Shown piece by piece: positions 56,356-64,000 of a DNA stretch of 64,000 nt. Source of the DNA: Sminthopsis crassicaudata (lineage: Eukaryota). Position 1 is the first letter of the stretch, and every line of letters starts with the position of its first letter. The stretch is from positions 219,687,238 through 219,751,237 of the forward strand of contig NC_133621.1 in the NCBI RefSeq assembly GCF_048593235.1, written 5' to 3'. The position numbers and the translations under genes are program-made. Under the pieces are notes generated by a model that was given only the letters and a program-made list of their open reading frames with translations, did not search any database and was not told the origin of the DNA.

Positions 56356-59300
56356 GTTTTTCTTAATGCTAGTACCTTCTCTCTGAGACTGTTCCCAATT
56401 TATGTATCCTCTTTATAGTTGTTTGCTTTGTGTCTTTCTCTGATAGATTGTCTTTTTCTGTGTTGTTGTTGGTTTTTTTTTACCCCCTTTGTGCCCCTAG
56501 AACTTACTAGATGCTTGTTGACTGACTAGGTTCAGAGTTGAAAGAGAAAGGAAATTATTTTTCCACTCTCCATTTTACATTTGAGGAATTTTGAGGCTTA
56601 GAGAGCTTAAGTAACTTATCTAAAATTAGGTAGTAAATGTTGGGACTAAGAATTGGACCTTTTAAAAAATTATTATTATTATTATTACATATCTAGTATA
56701 GTTTCCACTGCTCTAGGCTATTTCCCTTTGGCATGATTAGTATTTCTGTTTTCTAGTTGAGAGATTGGGCTAATAAGGTGAAGAGTAATTGCAAAATCAT
56801 TTGACTCAAATATAGTGCTATTTCCACTGCAGGACCTCTTACATTTTTAAGTGATATCATTTGTTGTGAGGTCTTTTGGTGGATGAGGAATAGAGCCTGG
56901 CGGCCATTGTGGTTTCATGCATCTTTAAGGAAACTTTAAGTCTTAGGTAATTACTAATTTTATAAAAGATACTTTTAGATCAGTAAAGATGTTGTACCCT
57001 ATTCTGCTGTTTTGAAGTTTGAAAGATTGAGAGAGGAATCTGGCTTTTCCCGTAGGGTCACTTCTGAGCACAAGAGGGCACCAGTGTAACCAAGCATACA
57101 TGTCCATTGTGGCCTGTTGGTATGTTGGTCTACATTCAGCCTTAAAGGTCTGGTCATCTCTTTTACTTTTTTTTGGAGTGGGCTTTGTTAGCTGTGGGTC
57201 ATTGAGATATAGGAACAAATGGGAAATTGGACAATTAAATTTAAAATTTGTAGTGCTCTTCACATGAAAGATTCAATAAGTATTTGATCCCTAATATTAT
57301 TTTTAATTCAACAATGTCCAATCCAGTACTTCAAAGATTCCTCTTGGGATCTTGTATTGAATCAAAGTTGTGAAGGAATTCACAAATCATTATGTTTAAT
57401 GCTTTCAGTTTATAGCTGACAAAACAGACCCAAAGAGGCTAAATGATATATCTAAGGATCCACAGGTAGTAAAAGACCATCGTCTTTTTATGGTGCCACA
57501 CTGTAATGCACCTTGGTCAAGACCATTTGTCCCCATCCTCAAAATAAGCTTCATAAATTAGTACTTAGCTAGTACTTAAGATATAATTAACAAGAGCCTT
57601 GTAAGAATTTGAGGACTTTTACTTTAATTTTTAATTTTATTTGAGGAGTTATAACATAACTTTAATTTTTTAAGTAAATAAAATAGAAATTAAATAAGTT
57701 AGAGGTCAATCTCCTTGACTACATGCAAAAAGATCCACAGAAAAGCTAAATTAGAAAATTAGCTATTTGTTAAGTCTGAGGTTTTTAAAAATTAAAAACA
57801 TTAAATTTGAGTGTCTTTCTATTTTCTCTGTGAGATATCTGTGGGATGAGCAACAATAGAAAAAAAGGACTAGCGTATCTTGAATAATGTCTAATTCTTG
57901 AGATTCTATGGGAGGTATATAGCCTCCCAAATAATCTCCTCCTAATATATTCTGTCCCCTCAAATACTTTAGTTTTCTCCTCAAAAAACTCTTCTTGAAA
58001 CTTAAGGGAGTTTGGAGGTCAAGGAATTTCTGTAAGTCTATAAATTGGGGTCAGGGAAATGATGTTTTGGGGAGTGGTAATACTTTCAGGACAAAGCCAA
58101 GATGTCACCCTAGATTTGTCGGGTCTTTCTCAGTGGAGGTTTGGCATCTTAGAAAAAGAAAATCAATCAATATGTGAATCATATTGTCTTTTCCTAATAC
58201 TTGATATTCTGAAAATGAATGATAATAATTGCTGGGATGGGGACAGGTAGGGAGAAGACTTGGTGATGTTTATCTCTTTCTGAACAAATGTTTAAGTAGT
58301 GATGAAGCTTCTTAAAAAGGAAACAATAGGAGAAACTCTGTGACCTCAGTTTATCCCGTCATCTGGTTCTTCATTTGTCCCTGCTGAGGAACAGAACTTG
58401 TCTTTTGTTTGTAACACAAATACATCTTCACCTCCCTCTCTCCCTCCCTACTCTCCCCCTTTACCCACCCCACCCGCTGAACTCACTCTTTTCTATTATG
58501 GTTCCAATCAATGATGTCATTATGTGTGCCATTCAACTGCTGTTGAACCACTTGGCTGTAGGAATTTGGAAGAGCAAAGGGCAGAATGGAATTTTTCTCT
58601 CCTGCTTAGGACTCTTGAAAATGTATTCTAATTTTAACCAAGAAATGGGAGTCAGATTTTTTTTTTCCCTCTCTGCTCACCCACCTAGGGCACTGGGGGG
58701 GGGTACTTATAAACATTATTCTGTCTAAGCCTTTGTTAGGGGGGGAGAAATTACAACAAGAAGAGCTTAGGAACATATAATGTAGTCGGGACAATGTAAG
58801 AGGAGACAAAAGAAAGAATTGGAGAAAGAAGGTGAAATTTTTTTTTCTTTCTTACCACATAATTGGAGCTCTGTCTATCCAGCTGACCACAAACTGGATA
58901 CTTGGCAAGTTTCTGATGAGAAATCATGCTCCTTGTTTCCCCTCAGTGCCGTGGTTATAATTGCTAAGACTTTCCTAAACTGTTGGACAGGGTCATTAAG
59001 ATCGTGTAGCCTTGTCCTTAATTTTCTTTTTTCCCTAACTTGAAGAAATGGAGATTGGAAAATTGGTAGGAAGGAGACCTCCCCCTCCCCCATACACATA
59101 GCTCTGCATTCCTTCTTGGAGTGTGTCAGAGCTGATGACTTTGATAAAAAACAAGTTTTACTCCTCTCTGTGGTCCCCCTGTGGTCCCTGCCCCAGAGTA
59201 AACACAGCCTGGGAAGGGAGTCGGGTGCCTGGAATCTGTTGAGTCTATTTTGCTTTTTAAACACCTTCAACCATATTGCCAGGCAAGTTTCTGGGTTGGG

Positions 59301-62300
59301 GTACTTACCTAAGTGGCGTCAGAAGAAATTGGTGGCAGTCTGAGTACTTAGAAGAAAATTTTTAAACCTGCCTGTTGAAGAGATTGAATCTGGGAAGATT
59401 GCTAGGAGTGTGGGTGGCCTGGGACTGTGCTAACTTTTTTTGTCTTTATTTAAAAAAAATATTTACCTTGTCTAATGTAGGTTTGGTAATTTTATTAAGT
59501 CACCAAAAAAAACCCTTAACTAATTTTATGCCAAAGTGGTTTTTGTTAAAACCAATATTCCCATTTTTTAAAGGTAGGGAAAATCAAAATGTGAAATTAT
59601 ACTTGGAGGACCTGTTGGGAAATCAGTTTTTGGCCTGGTGATATATACCTCCCAAAATTTCAAATGAAATCATTCCCTTTGGGAATCTCATTGTTAGGAT
59701 CTAGAAGCTGTTAATGCCTCTTGATTTCCTTTTCCTCTACCTCTAAGCCCCATATTCCTTTCATGGTAGTTAACTGGGTTTCATTTTCCTATTCCCAGAT
59801 CAGAGACCAAGTAATAGCAGTGGGGATGTTTTTGTAATGGATACCAAGTTGGAGTTAACATGGTTTATTGAATCATGAAGGCAGTGAAGTTTGAACTATG
59901 AAGGGTCAGTACCGGGGTTGTTTTAAAGATGGATGATGCCTGGGCTTTAGAACCGTTCATAGAATTACTTTTCTTTCTTTCTTTTTTTGTTTCCTTCATG
60001 AAATATTAGCTGGAATATTTGTATATGTTCTGGGAACACTATTATTTTTTAGATAGTCATTGCATTAGACATGCTGCACTTTATGATTTGGTATAATGTG
60101 AAAAAAAAAATCAAGCTTAAATAGAAAATAAGTCCATGAAAAACTTAAGGAGAAAGGGTGACAGATGTATAGGTTATGCCTCTTATCACTCCCATTTCCC
60201 TCTGCCCAGTGTTGTACACTTTAACTAAAAAATGTGGAAAATTGCTTTTAATCCCCATTCTCCTATCCTCCCATATTCTTTCTACCAAAATTTCAGAAAA
60301 ATACTCATTATGTGCAATTTGAATCTAGGTGGTTGATCATGCCTTTCTCTCTATATGCCCTGATTTTTTTCTTGGTCTCTGGTCTCTGTTCTTTGATGAT
60401 TTCCTCACCTAACTACTTTGGTGAAGAGTGTTCTCCAGCTCTGTTTAAGCTCCAGCACAGGTGTGCTCTTCATAGCCAGCTGTGATCCTTTTCCTGTCTG
60501 TTCATCCACATCCCTGCAGGGGAGATCCTGTTTGTAGGAAGTGTAAAGTTTAATGGGAGGCCTGGGTATAACTTACATAGCTCCCACCAGGGCTTCTGTA
60601 GGAAAATCTGTGGTGTCTGTGTGAGTTTCCCAGGACATAGCCTGTTGAGCCAGAAAGTAGCCATTTAAAAGACTGGTAAGCCAGAGAGTGACCCTCTTTG
60701 TTCTATGCAGAAATTTAGTGTTGATCTACAACTTGTTTAAGCCTTTTAGAGAACATTTGATCCTAGGAACTAATGAATAAAGACCCAGCTATCCTTAATC
60801 TCATAATTAAAGCTGAATTTTTTGTTATCTCTTTAATTCTAGTATATTTTAGGTGAAGCATTGTATTCCTTGTAGTTAGTTCTGTTGGCTTTTTTGACAG
60901 TTTTGGTCTCAAACTTATACTTAAAGATAACAGCTCCCTAGCTGGAGTTAAGAAGATATGTGGGTAAGAAGTGTCTCAAGTGTGAACCCTTCTTTTTATT
61001 ACTTTTCATTGTCCCTTCAGTCATGGAAAGTACTTTTTTGGACAGAATAGAGATGGAAGGTGATGAGGGCAATATTGGGTTCTGGGTTGCCTGTATTCTT
61101 GAGCTTCATATCCCGTAAGAAGATGAGTCATTCATTCCCTTGTGGTCCTGAATTCTGGTTGATATTCACTCTTTCTTAATATCAAGAAGTTGATTCTAAT
61201 CTCTCAGATGAAGAAGATGGCTGTCTGAGAATGTTAGAAGAGTGTCTAATAATGTAGTTGGGGAAAAATCCATTGCTTTTCTGGATTTCACCCTTTTCTT
61301 TATTGGCTCTGTGTGGTGGTTTATAGTCTGCCCCCATATACTTTGTTCTAACTAGGGAAGAGACTAAGGGATAAGCACATGTAGATGAATTTCAGAGACT
61401 GGGGGATGGGGATGACAGCCTTGTGTTTAAAGATTGGAGTATTTCAGAGAGCAAAACTGTCAGTTGATGTCATTTATTCTGAGAGTATGAAATTGGAAGC
61501 CCAGTTACCCTGGAGTGTTTCTTAACCTTTACCTCTGGGAAGTCAAGGCCATGTCATCATTAATCTCTTGTCACCTAACAGCCCCTGGGTTCTGCTTTTC
61601 ATCTCATCATCCTTCATGTGGTAGTGATGTACAGGAAAGTGAATACAAGACTTGCTCTTTCCCCTTTTCTCTACATTCTCCTGGAAAAATGCAGTATGCC
61701 CTGGAATCTGCAGATATGTAAATATTCCTTGACATAGTGGAGTAAACTGTCAAAGTGTGTATTCAGGGTAGGTCATCTCTGATCACAATTTTTATCTTTC
61801 CATTCCTTCTGGACCAGTTGCAGCCTTAGAAGACTGACTGATGGTGAAGCATCCCTTCCATTCCCCATCAGCAGAGAGTATACTGTAGATGTAGAGAATG
61901 AGGCGTATATTTTCAGACATTGCTCATGTGTTGATTTGTTTTTGCTTAAATGTACTTGGTTATAAAAGAGGGTTCTTGGTAGAGTGGGAGTGGTGAAATG
62001 AGTTATTAAAAAAACATCAATAAACATGTTTTAAAGGTCCTAGAAAAAAATAGTGACATTGCTCAAGATTCCAATGAGTTTTCTGATAGACCAAGGATAG
62101 TTTCATTGGAGACAGATCCTTATATTAGGATCTCTAGGTATGTATGTATCTTCCTTACGGAAAAAAGTGAGGGGGTATTGACCAACTGGGCTTCTTGTAC
62201 TAATTTGGGAGCAGTGGGTGGTTTACTTCTAATTGAAAGTGTTAAAATGAGTGTTCCTCTAATTTGAAACACAAGTAGTCTCTCTTTTATATTCTTAGGA

Positions 62301-64000
62301 AATTCTGAGTCCATATTCTCTCCTTCCTTGATGAGAGGTTTTGTCTGGCTTATTATGTGTTTTTCGTACAATGACCTGGATCTTCCTAGAATTTTATTCC
62401 ACTTACAAGTTGTTTGGCTTTAGGAGCAAGGTGGGAGAAGAACCCAGCATGATCTTGGAAAAATCATTTTATTTTTCTGGGCTTGAGTTTCATATCCATT
62501 GAGGATGGTATGACTATGTAATCCCATAAGGTCCCTCCCATTCTAAAATGTAATTCTATGACTGCCAGTGATAGAACCACAGCTAACTCCTCTTGACAGA
62601 GTAAATGTGACTGAATCTAAAATGATATTTCTTGTTATCTTAGGTTAAAGGAGGAAAGATTAGAAAAATATCTTCCTTGAGATTCAAATTAAAAAACATT
62701 GAGATTAGCAGGTATAGTTCCAGAAGGAATGGCCAAGACTGGAACCCAGGCCCAGCGAGAGACAGTTTTTTTGATACCTCTGTCCAGAAAGGAACAGCTT
62801 CAGTTATGTTGGACTAGAGGAGCAATGGTACCCAGCTGCCATTGTTGCAGCCAACTATTGTTCAGCTTTTAAAAAGAAGCAGCCAGCTGCGGCCCTTAAG
62901 TTAGAATCTAATTCTGATTTCCCAGATGAGACTAATGCCAGACCACTCTGTGCACCATGGAAACCATTGCCAGAGCCCTCAATTTAACTTTTGTAGCCAT
63001 GAAATGAGTTCCCCTGGTCCCTAGGACTGGGTAATGAGGAATTTTTAAATGATTCCCTTTCTGTTTGGAAAATGTTAGAGGAAAGCCAGAAGCAACTACA
63101 TAACTTTGCAAGGGGATTTTGCATCCCATCTTCTAGCCTTCCCCTTCAGAATTTATGTGCCATTTTTCATAATATATATTTGCTTTGTCATCACTGTAAA
63201 TCTCTTACCTGTTATTAATTGGAATTTTAATAATAAATAACATCTCTTATTCAATAATACTTTGCTATTTACAAAATGCTTCCCCTCCTCCCCCCAACCT
63301 TGTGAGGGTAGTACAAATATTATTGTCCCAGTTTTGAGGACACTGAAGCTTAGTGAGATTTCAATTTAGGAAAAGTCATATAATTAGCAAGTGTTAGAGA
63401 TGAACTATTACCTGGGTCTTCTGACTCTCAATTCACTGTTTTTTTCAACCATTCTTTAAATTTATTTCTTTTGTTTGTACATCACTCATTTCCCTATTAA
63501 GGACTATTTTAAACAATATTGGTATCCTATTATCAAAGTTTTTTAAAAAGTGGTCAGTGACATTAACTCAGCTACAGTCATGTTATTAAATGATTTTACT
63601 TAGTTAAGTTCTGGAGAGTATGTTTAAAAGTGTTAATACATTTATTAAGACAAATAAAATGGAGACCTTAGGATTATATCCATAGATATGAATTGATTCA
63701 ATCTTTTTCAATGTCATTCTAGATTGTCTAGTTCAGTAGTTCCAATTTATAACCACTTAATAAGTATTTACTGTGTATTATCAATAAGGCATTTGCTAGT
63801 GTTAAAAATCCAACATAAGTAGCTCTTGCCTTCAAAAAAACTAAGGCATACAACATAGAATATTAACCAATAGAGAGATCAAGAAGGGGTTCTTGTGGGA
63901 AGTGGTCCATGAAAGAGGATACAGATTCTAAGAAATTTTTGATAAAGAAGCAATACATTCTAAACATGGGCTTCACCCTGTGTAAAGGAGTGGAGGCAGG

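Noticed and set aside
61204-61257. Possible SARNP exon 10 (SDEEDG...)
   Set aside because: It lacks the expected KLKKRKERFG motif and hits a stop; the true exon 10 was not found and presumably lies beyond the window.
1-64000. Prokaryotic-type systems (CRISPR arrays, operons, phage or defence islands)
   Set aside because: The window is spliced mammalian DNA; the short direct repeats are TSDs or microsatellites, not repeat-spacer arrays.

Overview
Mammalian genomic DNA, almost certainly from a marsupial and possibly a dasyurid. This is inferred from the tRNA-derived WSINE1/MAR1-type SINEs, marsupial-type L1 3' ends and abundant MIR/L2/L3 repeats. The window holds the conserved gene block syntenic with human 12q13.2: MMP19 (+, 9 coding exons, complete), TMEM198B (-, 4 coding exons, intact although pseudogenised in human), DNAJC14 (+, 6 coding exons, apparent frameshift near codon 48), ORMDL2 (-, 3 coding exons, complete) and SARNP (+, exons 1-9; later exons not found and presumably beyond the window). 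TMEM198B/DNAJC14 and ORMDL2/SARNP are head-to-head pairs on CpG islands. All exons were delimited by hand from GT-AG junctions with consistent phases. I found no convincing new biological system. The best leads are: two internal L1 ORF2 fragments with perfect 15-16 bp target-site duplications but no poly(A) tail, the DNAJC14 frameshift that coincides with an in-frame rescue ATG, an MMP19 stop codon with the Ser/Thr-rich tail continuing in frame behind it, an AP-1 site cluster upstream of MMP19, and several weaker candidates (an orphan exon, a SARNP poison exon, a C/D box-like RNA). Homologue comparisons are from memory, not database searches.
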